From: Octopus vulgaris
Taxonomy: Eukaryota
Direction: 5' to 3'
DNA: 64,000 nt
Assembly (NCBI GenBank): GCA_951406725.2
Contig: OX597837.1
Span: 37,200,001-37,264,000 of the forward strand
Shown: piece after piece, positions 49,511 to 62,965 of the stretch
How positions within the stretch are numbered: the stretch's first letter is position 1
Layout of the letters: each line of letters opens with the position of its first letter
The notes under the pieces: model-generated
What the model saw: the letters and a program-made list of their open reading frames with translations, nothing else
Database searches by the model: none
Told to the model about the DNA's origin: nothing
Made by a program: the position numbers and the translations under genes

Positions 49511-50857
49511 CTGCAGTTGGAGAAAAGGAAAGAGAAATGTTTAGACAAAACTCAGGCCTTGTTTTTATTTCACAATTTCCTTAACCCTTTCATATTCATA
49601 GTCACCTTTCTGGCACTTGTGCTGGTGGCACGTGAAAAATCATTCGAGCGAGGACATTGCCAGTGCCGCTGGACTGGCTCCTGTGCAGGTGGCACATAAA
49701 AAGCACCATTTGAGCGTGGGTGTTGCCAGTACCTATTTCTTTATTACCCACAAGGTGCTAAACACAGAGGGGACAAACATGGACAGACATAGGTATTAAG
49801 TCGATTACATCGACTCCAGTGCGTAACTGGTACTTAATTTATCGACCCCGAAAGGATGAAAGGCAAAGTCGACCTCGGTGGAATTTGAACTCACAATGTA
49901 ATGCAGAAGAAATACCGCTAAGCATTTCGCCCGGCGTGCTAACGTTTCTGCCAGCTCGCCACCTGTTGCCAGTACCGCCTGACTGGCCCTCGTGCTGGTG
50001 GCACGTAAAAGCACCCACTGCACTCTCGGAGTGGTTAGCGTTAGGAAGGGCATCCAGCTGTAGAAACTCTGCCAGATCAGATTGGAGCCTGGTGCAGCCA
50101 TCTGGTTTGCCAGACGTCAGTCAAGTCGTCCAACCTATGCCAGCATGGAAAGCGGACGTTAAACGATGATGATGATCATCATCATTATTCTGTCAAATCA
50201 TCATCATCATTTAACATCCATTTTCCATGCTGGCATGGGTTGGACGGTTTGACTGAAAACTGGTAAGCTAGGGAACTGCACCAGGCTCCAATCTTGATTT
50301 GGCCGGGTTTCTACAGCTGGGTGGCCTTCATAACACCAACCACTCCAAGAGTGTAGTGGGTGCTTTTTACATGCCACAGATATGTGCCAGTTACATGGCA
50401 CCGGCATCAGCCATGGCTATCGTCTCACTTGGCTTGACAGGTCTTTTCTAGCATGTACAAATAATGCTTATTCATTCATATTGTTTCACATTAATCCTGC
50501 ATTATCTTATAGCTTTGAGATAATGTGATAATGTCTATTTTTAAAATGTTGTGATAATGTCTATTTTTAAAATGACACAGTAGGGTAGGTGTGAATTAAT
50601 CCTGCCTTATTTCATAGCTTTGAGATAATGCTCATGTTTATTTTTAAAATGATATAATTGTTTGTTTTTAAAATGACATTGTAGGGTAGGTGTGAGAGGC
50701 TAGATCTGGCCAGTTTGGCCATAGAATAGGTAGAATATTTTGGGCCTGCTATCTCACAACCATGCTCGGACTTTCAATGACTGTGCCAATTGACCACTGC
50801 CACCACTCATCAATTCCACCCACCACCACCCCATCATCATCACAACTACCCACATAC

Positions 50858-50925
50858 CTTAGACTTTGACTGTCCTGTGTAGAGACGTCTGTACACCTTC
50901 GATTTGACTGTTGCTCTGTAGACCT
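50858..50925 (-). CDS. C12orf56: C12orf56-like exon (RSTEQQSNRRCTDVSTQDSQSL)
   Basis: Acceptor ttttctttaatacag|AGG, donor AAG|gtatgt; 68 nt, phase 0 to 2, which bridges the flanking exons exactly. Confidence 0.72.
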
Positions 50926-51589
50926 CTGTATTAAAGAAAAAAAAATAATAATAATCCTTTCTACTATAGACACAAGGTCTGAAATTGTCGGGGAGGGGAC
51001 TAGTCGATTACATTGAACCCCCGTGTTTCACTGGTACTTAATTTATTGACCCAGAAAAGATGAAAGGCAGGGTTGACCTCAGTGGAATTTGAACTTAGAA
51101 TGGAGTGGTAGCAAAAGTACTTTTCTATCCTAGGCACAAGGCCCGAAATGTTTGGGGAGGGGGCCAGTCAATTAGATTGACCCCAATACACAACTGGTAC
51201 TTAATTTATTGACCCTAAAAGGATAAAAGGTAAAGTCGACCTCAGTGGAATTTGAACTCAGAACGTAGCCTCAGACGAAATACTGCTAGGCATTTCTCCT
51301 GGTGTGCTAACGATTCTGCCAAATCACTGCCTTACTCAATAATAACAATAATTGATGATGATGATGATAATCTTTTCTACTCTAGGTACAAGGCCCTAAA
51401 TTTTTGGGGAGGGGGCCAGTTGATTAGATCAACTCCAGTATGCAACTGGTACTTAACTTATCGACCCGAAAAGGATGAATCGCAAAGTTGACCTTGGCAG
51501 AATTTGAACTCAGAACGTAAAGACAGATGAAATACTGATAAGCATTTCTCCTGGCATGCTAACGATTCTGCCAACTTGCTGCCTTATGC

Positions 51590-51636
<47 letters not shown>

Positions 51637-51894
51637 CTACTATAAGCAAAAGGCTTGAAATTTTTGGGGAAAGTTCTAGTTGATTCTGGTCCTTTATTTT
51701 ATTGATCCAACAGGGTGAAAGCAAAGTCAACCTTTTTTGGTATTTCCGACATTGGACCAAAGGGCCAGAAATTTGAGACAGAAGTTCAGGGGATTACACG
51801 GACAGAACTCCTTGTAATACATCACTGGAGGGGAGGGAGAAGGAGGAAGAAGAAGGCGGGGAAGAAGAAGTTTTAAATATTCTTGTTCACTTAC

Positions 51895-52075
51895 AATCAA
51901 GTAATTATCCCAGGCGTACCTAATGAGGTCCAATGATGGAGAGTTGTTCTTCAGCAAATACACATCGAGGACATACAGCTGTATGGCATTGGAAGATTTC
52001 CCCGGGTTGTGTGACACTTTGGAACCACGTAATGTCTTTGTTTTACCTTCAGAAATGTCCCTTGGTGATGGCAGC
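51895..52075 (-). CDS. C12orf56: C12orf56-like exon (LPSPRDISEG...QLYVLDVYLLKNNSPSLDLIRYAWDNYLI)
   Basis: Donor ATT|gtaagt. Acceptor aaaagcag|G is phase-compatible (2 to 0, 181 nt) but purine-rich. The C-terminal half resembles the recalled LHLY...LHLKSSWNNYII motif. Confidence 0.72.
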
Positions 52076-52889
52076 CTGCTTTTTTTGGTTGTTGTTGGTT
52101 TTTTAAAGTAAAAGGTAGAATTTGCGGCATTAGATAACAAGATAGAATGGCCAGTGGAAATTTAAAAAAAAGAGGTAATCATGTATTTGTAATTGAATCA
52201 TTTCTTGTTAATTAACTTTAACCAGACGGTTATGAAAATCGGGATCCACTTCTAATTAAGCGTCAGTCTTTTCTCAAAATTTGTATTAAACTTGGTTGGA
52301 GTTACCTCCCTTGCTTGGTCATACCTAGATATTACCTATTTCTTTACTACCCACAAGGGGCTAAACATAGAGGGGACAAACAAGGACAGACAAAGGGATT
52401 AAGTCGATTACATCGACCCCAGTGCGTAACAGGTACTTAATTTATCGACCCCGAAAGGATGAAAGGCAAAGTCAACCTCGGCGGAATTTGAACTCAGAAC
52501 GTAGCGGCAGATATTCATAGATATTACCAACACCATCTCCCGACGGAGTTTTGTGTTTTTTTTAAATCATATTACATACGCAAAAAACAACAAAAAAAAA
52601 CCCCCTGCAGGTCCCAGTTACTCCCACCCTTTCTTCTGTAATGGGAGCAGCCCTGTATCTGTTCTACAGTAAGAAACATGTACTGTTCCAGTTCTTTTAC
52701 ATCTTTTAAAATTTTTATTTGTTTCAGTCGTAGGACCAAGGCCATGCTGGGGCACCACCTTGAAGAATTTTTAGTTGAATGAATCAATCCCAGGATTTAT
52801 TTTTTTTAAAGCCAGGTGCTTATTCTATCGGTTTGTTTTGCTGAACTGCTAAGAATACATGAATAAAACAAAACATACAAATCTGCACA

Positions 52890-53164
52890 TATACATGCAT
52901 ACATACATGCATACACACACACACATACATACATACATACATACATACATACATACATACATACATACATACATACATACACACACACACATACACATAC
53001 ATACATACATACATACATACATACATACATACACACACATACACACATACATACATACATACATACATACATACATACATACACACACACACATACACAC
53101 ATACATACATACACACACACATACATACATACATACACACATACATACATACATACATACATAC
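52890..53164. repeat. (CATA)n/(CA)n microsatellite; similar (TCTA/TCTG)n tracts at 17645-17800, 40068-40380 and 62605-62915, and (CAT)n at 28181-28330
   Basis: Direct reading. Confidence 0.95.
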
Positions 53165-53579
53165 AAAAATACCCTGTGATCATCATCATCACCATCGTCG
53201 TCTGTTGTCCATGCCGGCATGGATTGGACGGTTTGACCGGGCTGACATGCTGGAAGGCTGTACCAAAATCCAGTCTGATTTGGCATGTTTCTCTATGGCT
53301 GGATGCCCTTCCTAACGCTAACTACTCTGAGAGGGTGCTTTTATGTGCCACTGGCATGGGTGCCATTTGTGTGACACTGGGATGCTTTTACACGCCACTG
53401 GCACGGGTATCGATTTGTTTGACACTGGTATCTGCTACAACTGCAATTGATGTTGTTAGAATTCCAGTGAAGGAGCCTTGAATCTAGGTTAGAAACCAGC
53501 TCTTTCTCTATTGGCAAGAAACCTTGAAATAGAACCGAATAAGGACATACATATTTACGTACGTACATATATATGTATT

Positions 53580-53910
53580 TTGGCTTCCGTGCCGGTGGCA
53601 CATAAAAAGCGCCATCTGAACGTGGTCAATGCCAGCTCCGCCTTGACTGGCTTCTGTGCCGGTGGCACGTTAAAAGCACCAACTGATCGTGGCCGATGCC
53701 AGACTCCCCTGGCACCTGTGCCCGTGGCACGTAAAAAGCACCCACTACACTCACGGAGTGGTTGGCGTTAGGAAGGGCATCCACCTGTAGAAACACTGCC
53801 AGATCAGACTGGAGCCTGGTGCAGCCTTCTGGCTTCCCAGATCCCCGGTCGAACCGTCCAACCCATGCTAGCATGGAAAGCGGACGTTAAACGATGATGA
53901 TGATGATGAT
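53580..53910 (+). mobile_element. SINE family C (MetaSINE-like domain, (GAT)n tail), representative copy
   Basis: Tandem GTGCCGGTGGCACGTAAAAAGCACC units, then GGTTGGCGTTAGGAAGGGCATCCAGCTGTAGAAAC and ...CCCATGCCAGCATGGAAAGCGGACGTTAAACGATGATG. Other copies, approximate: 855-1143, 2190-2503, 2695-2940(-), 13945-14635, 31350-31690, 35700-35906, 48625-48903, 49610-50175, 50200-50440(-), 53180-53440(-). Confidence 0.85.
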
Positions 53911-54101
53911 TTAGTTCTATTTCAAGATTTCTTGCCAATAGAGAAAGATCTGGTTTCTAACCTAGACCCAAGGCTCCACTGGAATTTCAACAACATCAAT
54001 GTACGTACATTAGTACATACCATACACATACATACATACATACATACATACATCTGTTTGTATGCACATGTCTAGTTATATGTTGTGTGGTTAAGAAGCG
54101 T

Positions 54102-54482
54102 GGAGGCGCAATGGCCCAGTGGTTAGGGCAGCGGACTCGCGGTCATAGGATCGCGGTTTCGATTTCCAGACCGGGCGTTGTGAGTGTTTATTGAGCAAAA
54201 ACACCTAAAAGCTCCACGACGCTCCGGCAGGGGATGGTGGTGATCCCTGCTGTACTCTTTCACCACAACTTTCTCTCACTCTTACTTCCTGTTTCTGTTG
54301 TACTTGTATTTCAAAGGGCCGGCCTTATCACTCTCTGTGTCATGCTGAATATCCCCGAGAACTACATTAAGGGTACACGTGTCTGTGGAGTGCTCAGCCA
54401 CTTACACGTTAATTTCACGAGCAGGCTTTTCCGTTGATTCGGATCAACCGGAACCCTCATCGTCGTAACCGACAGAGTGCTT
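54102..54482 (+). mobile_element. tRNA-derived SINE (family E head plus family D 3' module)
   Basis: GGAGGCGCAATGGCCCAGTGGTTAG...GGTTTCGATTTCC. The head is shared with 46760-46910; 54300-54480 aligns by eye to 32265-32442. Confidence 0.75.
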
Positions 54483-54610
54483 CCAGGTTAAGAAGCAAAC
54501 TTCTTAACTGCTCGACTAAACCTGCACCATAACAAGTAAAAAATTTAAAAAACCATAACAAAACAAGCTAGATGTAATAAAGAGAATGGAACCATACAAA
54601 CTCCGTTTAC

Positions 54611-55146
54611 CTCTCATTCTCATCTTTGCTGTCAATGTCTGAATCTTCATCGATCTTTAGTCGCACCTTCGAGGTACTGTGTCTGTTCTTCAACATTCCA
54701 TGCCGTTTGATATTGAGGAAATTATACCAAACTCTTGAGAATGGTTTCCTGATACGGTGGATCAAACTTGGCTTATGCTTACATTTGCCAATAGAGATTT
54801 CTTCAGATGTGTTGGTGCCACTGTCATTTTTCTCTAGAGTGTGCCATAGATTTGACGGCATCGACATAGAGAGAAGTGTGTTGCTTCCGTCCATAGAATG
54901 ATCCACAATGCTTCTTGAAGATTGCAACAATGTCTCATCAAAACTCGATTTCCGATGATTGGTCGGCGCTCTGGAAGATTGTGTTTTTGTAAATAAAGTG
55001 TTTAAGAATAAGCTGCTCTGGCTTTGGTGAATATCTGAACTGGTACCATCTTGTGTCTTTTTGTGGATATTCCTGCTGTAGGTGAGGACAATGTGTAGAG
55101 TCTGCTCTCGTTCCAAACCTTGAAGGAAATTTGGTAAGTCATACTC
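54611..55146 (-). CDS. C12orf56: C12orf56/DUF4551-like gene, first identifiable exon in window (EYDLPNFLQGLEREQTLHIVLTYSR...DENE)
   Basis: Acceptor cttcctgcag|GAG, donor AG|gtaaac; 536 nt, phase 0 to 2. N-terminal part resembles the recalled vertebrate C12orf56 segment DYPEFLSSPDREISQHIRIIYS. Confidence 0.8.
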
Positions 55147-56417
55147 CTGCAGGAAGCAGATTTATTTGGTAAATGGAAGTAAAAGTTCATATAATATTAT
55201 GTACATACATACACATCAACACACTCATACACATACATATAGATACATGCATACACAAGTAAACACACACACACGCACATGTACAAGCACACACGCACAC
55301 AGATACACACACTCATGCATACATGTGTACACACACAGATGCAAACTCACACACAAAGACACACCCACACACAAACCCCTACATATACTTACACACACAG
55401 CCACATACAGTGACATGCACAAAATCACACACACATGCATACACACACATATACACACATACACACACATACGAACTTACACACACTGACACACAAATCT
55501 CTACAAATATTCACGCACACAGTCACATACGCACATACACACAAACCTCTACATATACTCACACACACAGTCACATGCACAAAATCACACATAATCTCAT
55601 ATAGACAGTCTCACTCACACACACACACACATGCACATACATGCACTCAAATTCCGCAAACTCCCATATACAAATTCACACACACAACACAAACTCATAC
55701 ACACTTACACACAGACTCGTAAACACACTCGCAAACAATTGCATGTATGCATACATACATACATACATACATACATACATACACAGACAGGCAGGCAGAC
55801 AGATATATTTATAAGGCCGTGTCCTCACTCAAACTCCAGGGTCATGTCTCTGTTATCACTCTAACCCCTCACTCACATTACCTTGACTCTAGATACGTGT
55901 CTGAGAATGCCAAGTGCTCCTTATCACTCAACTCTCTAAAGACTTATTGCTATCCTTCATGCCTTATCTTTCGTGTCTGTCTCCCTTTAAATAGGATGAT
56001 GAATGAAAGAAATGGGGTAAAGAGGTCTCTTGAGTCGTGTTGCAGACATGGCTACCCTTGCAGTGCTGGTGCTATGTAAAATTACTCCCAGCGTAACCTG
56101 TAAGGTGTAAGGATTAGGGGTACCTTTAGTCATGTCGAGTACACGACACCGTCTTAATGATGTTGCTACGAAAAATATACCCTGCACATTTTGCAATGCA
56201 GTTGGGGGTTAGGAACCAGGTCAAATATGAATCCTGCGAGAGAGATGCAGATCTCTGAAACCACTAAATGAACAGCACCATCAAATACACACTGACCCAA
56301 ACTATATCTATCTATCTGTCTGTTTCTCTGTATGTACCCAGCTGTTTGACCATGAATCCCAAGACAAGAAAGAATTGCCCATTGCCCATGTCAGATTTAT
56401 AGGTGTATGTATATATG

Positions 56418-56449
<32 letters not shown>

Positions 56450-57789
56450 GACATACATACATACATATATATATATATCAATCATCATCATCATCACACA
56501 CACATACACACATACATTCATACATATGTATGGTGATGCAAACAGAAAATAATGGAACTCAACATATGAGTATATTAATATGCTAGCTTTTGTTTTTTGT
56601 ATATATAAGCCCCACTCCCCTCCTTTTTTCTCTTCATACAAAAACTAATGCAAATTTCAAACAGAGTATAGCTGTGAAAAGAGCCCAGAAAAATGGGTAG
56701 TACCTACTTCAAAATGGATGGGGGAGAAAAGTTGCCGACAGGTGGCTACACAAAATTCAACTCTATACTTTATAGAGTGTCTTCTACTATAGCCTTGCAA
56801 ATGGGAAGCAGTAATTGAAGTAGATGGTGAATATGCTCCAGAACAATCATTTAAAGATGTTTTTGTTACATGTTGTTATTGTTTTTGTTGAATAAAATTA
56901 TTTGTTGAGAAAAAGCCGCAATAATTATGCACCAACCCAATATATATATATATACACATATATAAGTACGATGGGCTTCTTTCAGTTTCAATCAATCAAA
57001 TCTACTCACAAGGCTTTGGTCAGCTCAAGGCCATAGTAGAAGACACTTGCCCAAAGTGCCATATTGTGGGACTGAACCAGGAACCATGTGGTTGGGAAGC
57101 AAGCTCATTACCACACACATATATATATATATTTCTTTACTACCCACAAGGAGCTAAACACAGAGGGAACAAACAAGGTCAGACAAAGGGATTAAGTCGA
57201 TTACATCGACCCCAGTGCATAACTGGTACTTAATTTATCGACCCTGAAAGGATGAAAGGCAAAGGCGACCTTGGCGGAATTTGAACTCGGAACGTAACGA
57301 CAGACGAAATACGGCTACGCATTTCGCCCGGCGTGCTAACGGTTCTGCCAGCTCGCTGCCTTATATATATATATATATATATATATATGCATGTATATGT
57401 ATATGTGCTCTAGATTTTAAATCTCATGCCAAGAACCATTGCATCTGTCGTCAACACCAACACCACCTCCTACACCACTCCACCACCACCATCATCATCA
57501 TCATCATCACCATAACCACTCATACCACCATCACCACCACCACCAACAACTACGGCCACAAATGCCATAGTGACACTGCTGCAGTTACCACCAGCACCAC
57601 CACCATCGCTTTATTCTCTCATTTATTTATGATGCGGATGAAAGCAGGACAATTAGTTGAGCATCGTTGTCTGTGTGGCTCCATGAAATCTCTCATTAGT
57701 GGCGGCTGCATTGATGAGGGATGCTTGGTGGACATGTCCAGACAAGACGACGTGGTGGAGGGAGGAGACTGACCAAGGGATATTAGAAA

Positions 57790-58440
57790 GGAGATGTGGA
57801 GGAGGAGAAGAAAGGGGGAGATGAGCAGGTGTGGTTAGGAGGAGGAGCAGAGAAGGGAGACTGTTAAGTGATGAGAGGAAGAGGGAGGGGGAGATGAGCT
57901 GGTGATATTAGGAGGAGGAGGAGGAGAAGGACTTAAGTGATGAGAGGAGGGAGGGGGAGATGAGCAGGTGATATTAGGAGGAGGAGGAGGACTTAAGTGA
58001 TGAGAGGATGGAGGGGGAGATGAGCAGGTGATGTTATGAGGAGGAGGAGGAGGAGGAAGGTAATGTACTAAATGGAGGGAGGAGGCAGGGGGGGGGAAAT
58101 GAGCATTAAGTGATGTTAGAAGGGAGTTGTAGAGTAGGAGGACTGTTAGATGAGGAGGGGAGGAGGAGGAGGAAGAAAAGGGTGTGGTTGTTTTATGAGA
58201 AAGGAAGAAAGAGGGGGACATGAGCAGCAGGTGATAGAAGAAGGGGATTGGAGGAGGAGGAGGAGGCAGAGGAAGGGTAGGAGGATGGTTAAATAGTGGC
58301 GGCGTGGGGGACAGGCAGATGTGGGAGATGACCAGGTGATATTAGGGGAGGAGGAGAAAGAGTAGGGGTAGAAAGAAAGGGAAATGAGGAGGGAGGGGCA
58401 GGAACGGGTGGGGGTTGACAGGTGGGGTTGTAGGGGCCGG
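57790..58440. repeat. Purine-rich low-complexity region with about 60-66-bp tandem units
   Basis: TTAAGTGATGAGAGGA..GAGGGGGAGATGAGCAGGTGAT repeated at 57864, 57933, 57993. Confidence 0.8.
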
Positions 58441-58919
58441 AGATGTAAAAACTTATTTAAATGCTGCTGTACTATTACCATCACGAATACAACAACAACC
58501 ATCAACCACTGCTACCACAACCTTGACCACTGCCGTCATTACCAACAGTGGCACTACCTCCAAGACCATCATCACTGCAACCAGTACTACTATAACCACC
58601 ATAGCCACTACTACTGCTACAAACACAACTACAGGCACCACAACCACCACCACTACTACTACCACCATAGCCACCACTTCCCTCATTAATACTACCACCT
58701 TCACTATCGTTACCACTACTGCCTTCACTCTACATCATCATCATCGTCACCACCACCACTAAAATGAACAATAACTGCTAATACCGCTATCCAAAGAACA
58801 AACTTCTACGTGGGTAGTCAGCATGCTAGAAATAACAGTCAAATAACCCCTGATTTGCTGTCTGGAGAAAAGAAAAATGAAGGACATATTAAAACTGCTT
58901 TGAAGATTAAAATAAGAAG

Positions 58920-59670
58920 TATTATGAAAACTGCTATGATGCCTGCTGTAAGAGCTGCTATTAACACCAAAATGAAAATTGCTATGGTAACTGCTGATAA
59001 AACTGCTATGAAGATTGTTATGACTACTATAAAAACTGCTATTATGACTGCTATTAAAACTGTTGTCAGGACTCCTATAATGACTGTTATAAAACTGCTA
59101 TGATAATTGCTATTAAAACTGTTGTCAGGACTCCTATAATGACTGTTATAAAACTGCTATTATGACTGCTATTAAAACTGTTGTCAGGACTCCTATAATG
59201 ACTGTTATAAAAACTGCTATGAGAACTATAATGAATTATAAAAGCTGCTATTAAAACTGTTGTAAGAACTCCAATAATGACTGTTATAAAAGCTGCTATA
59301 AAACTATTGTAAGAATTCCAATAATAACTGTTATAAAAACTGTTATAAAACTGCTATGACAACTGCTATTAAAACTGTTGTCAGGACTGCTATAATGACT
59401 GTTATAAAACTGCTATGATAATTGCTATTAAAACTTGTAAGAACTCCAATAATGACCATTATAGGAACTGTTATAAAACTGCTATGACAACTGCTATTAA
59501 AACTGCTGTCAGGACTCCTATAATGACTGTTATAAGACCTGCTGTGAGAACTATAATGACTGTTATAAAAACTGCTATTAAAACTGCTACAAAGATTGTT
59601 ATAATGACTACTATAAAAACTGCTATGATGACTGCTATGAAAAGTATCATACAGATTGCTATGACAGCTT
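58920..59670. repeat. AT-rich minisatellite (about 57-bp units with 12-bp substructure AAAACTGCTATG/ATGACTGTTATA)
   Basis: Recurring TGCTATTAAAACTGTTGTCAGGACTCCTATAATGACTGTTATAAAAC. Confidence 0.9.
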
Positions 59671-61184
59671 GGTGGTGGTGGTGGTGTTGGTGGTGGTAAT
59701 ACAAGCTAAGATTAATTGCACAGAAATGTAGGAGCCAGTAATTAAAAGATTACTAAATGTAGCTAATTAACTGAAAGCAGAGGTGGGATGGCGGTGATGG
59801 TGGTGGTGGTGGATGTTAAAATTACTGGAAGGACACACTGTAATGTGATGACAACAACAACAACAATAGCAATGACGATGATGATGATGAAGACAATGAC
59901 AATAAGTCGCTAATCACAAACTATCAATCAATCAGACCAACAACAAGAACAACAACATTGCTTGGTTAATAACCAAACTAATTAGTCTCAATCTTTACAA
60001 CAACAACAACCACAAATAAGCAAGTCAACGGACCTGACAGAGCCTCTATGTGGTCACCTGACATGCTAGAAATAACAGCCAAATCTCTATCAAGTCGAAC
60101 AATCTTCGTTCGGTGTACCATACCCATTTATGGCTTGGCTATGGGTTCAGTCCCGTTGTGTGGCACCTTGGGTAAGCGTCTTCTACGATTAGTGCCACAC
60201 CAATCGAAGCCATGTTAGTGGACATCTTGTCTTAGCAAGATGCGGGACTTATGATCCGCATGGCACCTCTCAACGGAAGATGCAACTCATTTCCAACTGA
60301 ATGGCTAGGAACCAAGGGAAATTAAGTTCCTTGCTCAAGGAGACAATGTAGTATCGGGTCTAGGAATTGAACCCATGGTTTAACAATCATGAATCCAACA
60401 GTATTACCACTAGACTCTACAGAGTGTACAGGGTACATTTTATGTGGTACCAGCATGGGAATTTCTTACAAGATGCCAGCATGAGTACCTTTAATGGGGC
60501 ACCAGTTCAGGTGCTTCCTTTTTTAGTGTCCACTACCAGTGCAGTGTTGCTATGGAGTTTGCTCCAGCATGGCTGGTACTACCACACAATGAATATTGAA
60601 GCAGACAAAAAAAAAACAAACGACAATTAAGGCTTCAGTTTTAAATTTCCTGTTTTGTTTGCACTTGATTTTTGTACTGGTGGTGGCGGCGGCGATGGCA
60701 GTGGTGGTGGTGGTGGAGGTGGTGTTGGTGGTGGGGGAGGTGGTGTTGGTAGTGGTGGTGGAGGCAGTAGTGGTAGGAGAGGTGGAGGTAGTGGCAGCAG
60801 TGGCAGTGGTGGTGGGTGGGTTAGGTAAAGGGTTGGGATGGGGGAGGGGAAATTTCAGGGAAACAGATAAGGAAATGATATATATGATAATTGAGAAGGA
60901 AATTGGCTAGCACACACACACACACACACACAAACATACATGCACACACACACACACCACTTGTATTTGCGTAAACATTTACCCAGATAACTTCATAGGC
61001 AAAAATGTATAAAATGTGTAAACAACCACATGTGTATATGAAAGTATATACATATATACATACATACATATATGTACCAGTGTGTGAGTCTGTAAGTGTG
61101 TATGTATATATGAAAATATGCACATACATAAATGCATACATATATGTATCAGTGTGTTTGTGTATGAGTCTGTAAGCATGTATA

Positions 61185-62080
61185 TGAAGGGGTACTCAAA
61201 GGTAACCGAAACGTTCTCCGTGGGACAAGCCTATTGTAGTTCAAGCTTCCGCTGCTAGAAGCTACTTGATGCGACCCTCAGGTTGGCCTATGGCTGAGTC
61301 AGGTGAGGCTGTACTGCCATGTGGTACATATTTTGCAGTGGTGCTTCTCCCCAGTTCATTGATTTTTGCGATGGCTGAAACGAAGGAACGGCGTGCTTCC
61401 GTGAAATTCTGTTTTCTGTTAGGGAAAACAGTGGCCGAAACAGTTATCACCCTTCAAACTGCTTACAAGGACACTGCCATGAGCAAAACACAAGTTTATG
61501 AGTGGTTTTCACACTTTAGGAATGGTCACTTGTCGCTCGAAGACCAACCTTGTTCAGAGTGACTATCAACCTCCTGAATGAATGAAAATATCACGAAAAT
61601 TCATGAACTGTTTTTGGAGCACCATCGCCGAACAACTGACGAACTTGTTGATATGACTGGGGTGTCTTGGAGTTCCTGCCAACGAATTTTGAGCGAGGAA
61701 TTGTGAATGAAAAGAGTTGCTGAAAAATTTGTGCCTCGTTTGCTCACGGAAGATCAAAAGCAGTCACGGCTGAATGCGTGTCGTGAACTGAAAGAATGGT
61801 TGGAAGTTCATCCGGACCTTTTTTCGAAGGTCATCACTGGTGACGAAAGCAGGGCTTATGGAATTTGCAGATGTGAAAGAAGTGAAGAAAAAATGACGGA
61901 GGCATTAATAGACATCACTTCGCTAGAGTCTCAGCACTACTTTGAACAGTGGAAAATGTGTCTGGACTGATGCATTGCTTCAAATGAAGAATACTTTGAA
62001 GACGATAAAAGTGTAAACATGTAAAACTAAGCGAATAAGATAACATTGCAAAATTCCAGTTTCTTTTGGGTACCCTCTCG
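61185..62080 (+). mobile_element. Internally deleted mariner DNA transposon
   Basis: TA-flanked TIRs (tgaaggggtactcaaaggtaacc / ccagtttcttttgggtaccctctcg). Transposase ERRASVKFCFLLGKTVAET...VYEWF..F, KFVPRLLTEDQK, VITGDES, with stops and loss of most of the DDD core. Confidence 0.9.
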
Positions 62081-62722
62081 TACACTGTGATGTATGTATG
62101 GGAAGGTCACTGATAAAAAACCAGATATGCGAGGAATGGCATTGAACATTTTGGGTGTCTTTTTGCTTACACTTGAGATCATTGCGCCCCCCCCCTACAT
62201 TTCTGAGCCTGTGAACCATATTGCCACTGGATATCTTGCCCTAGCTTGACCCTGGTTCATGTCAGTAGGGTGGAGTGAGTCTATGGGGTATTTATGAAAG
62301 CCTCATTGGACCTAAAATTTCAGGTTGTGTGATCACCATAGAGGTGATTATTCGAGTTGGATGGTGCCACGGTGAACATGGAAGCTGTGGTGAACATGGA
62401 AACTGCAGATGTGAACCTGAGTGAAGCCAACTGCTGATGTATTTACCTTGTACATGAGCATTGCTGGCATTTTGCTTGGGTAGAGGTCAGTGATGGTCTT
62501 CCTTGATCGCGAGTGGACAACCATCATTATGTATGTATGGTGAAGATGTATATATATATATATATGGATAGATAGATATGCATTTGTGTGTTTGTGTCAA
62601 GATCTACATACCTACCTACCTGTCTATCTATCTATCTATGTATCTATGTATCTATGTATCTATCTATCTATCTATCCATCCATCCATCCATCTATCCATC
62701 CATCCATCCATCCATCCATCTG

Positions 62723-62755
<33 letters not shown>

Positions 62756-62764
62756 GCCTATCTA

Positions 62765-62801
<37 letters not shown>

Positions 62802-62822
62802 CTCTATCTATCTATCTATCTA

Positions 62823-62905
<83 letters not shown>

Positions 62906-62965
62906 TTCTCTCTCTCTATATATACACACAAGTATATATATGTATGTGTGTTTGTGTGTGTATTT

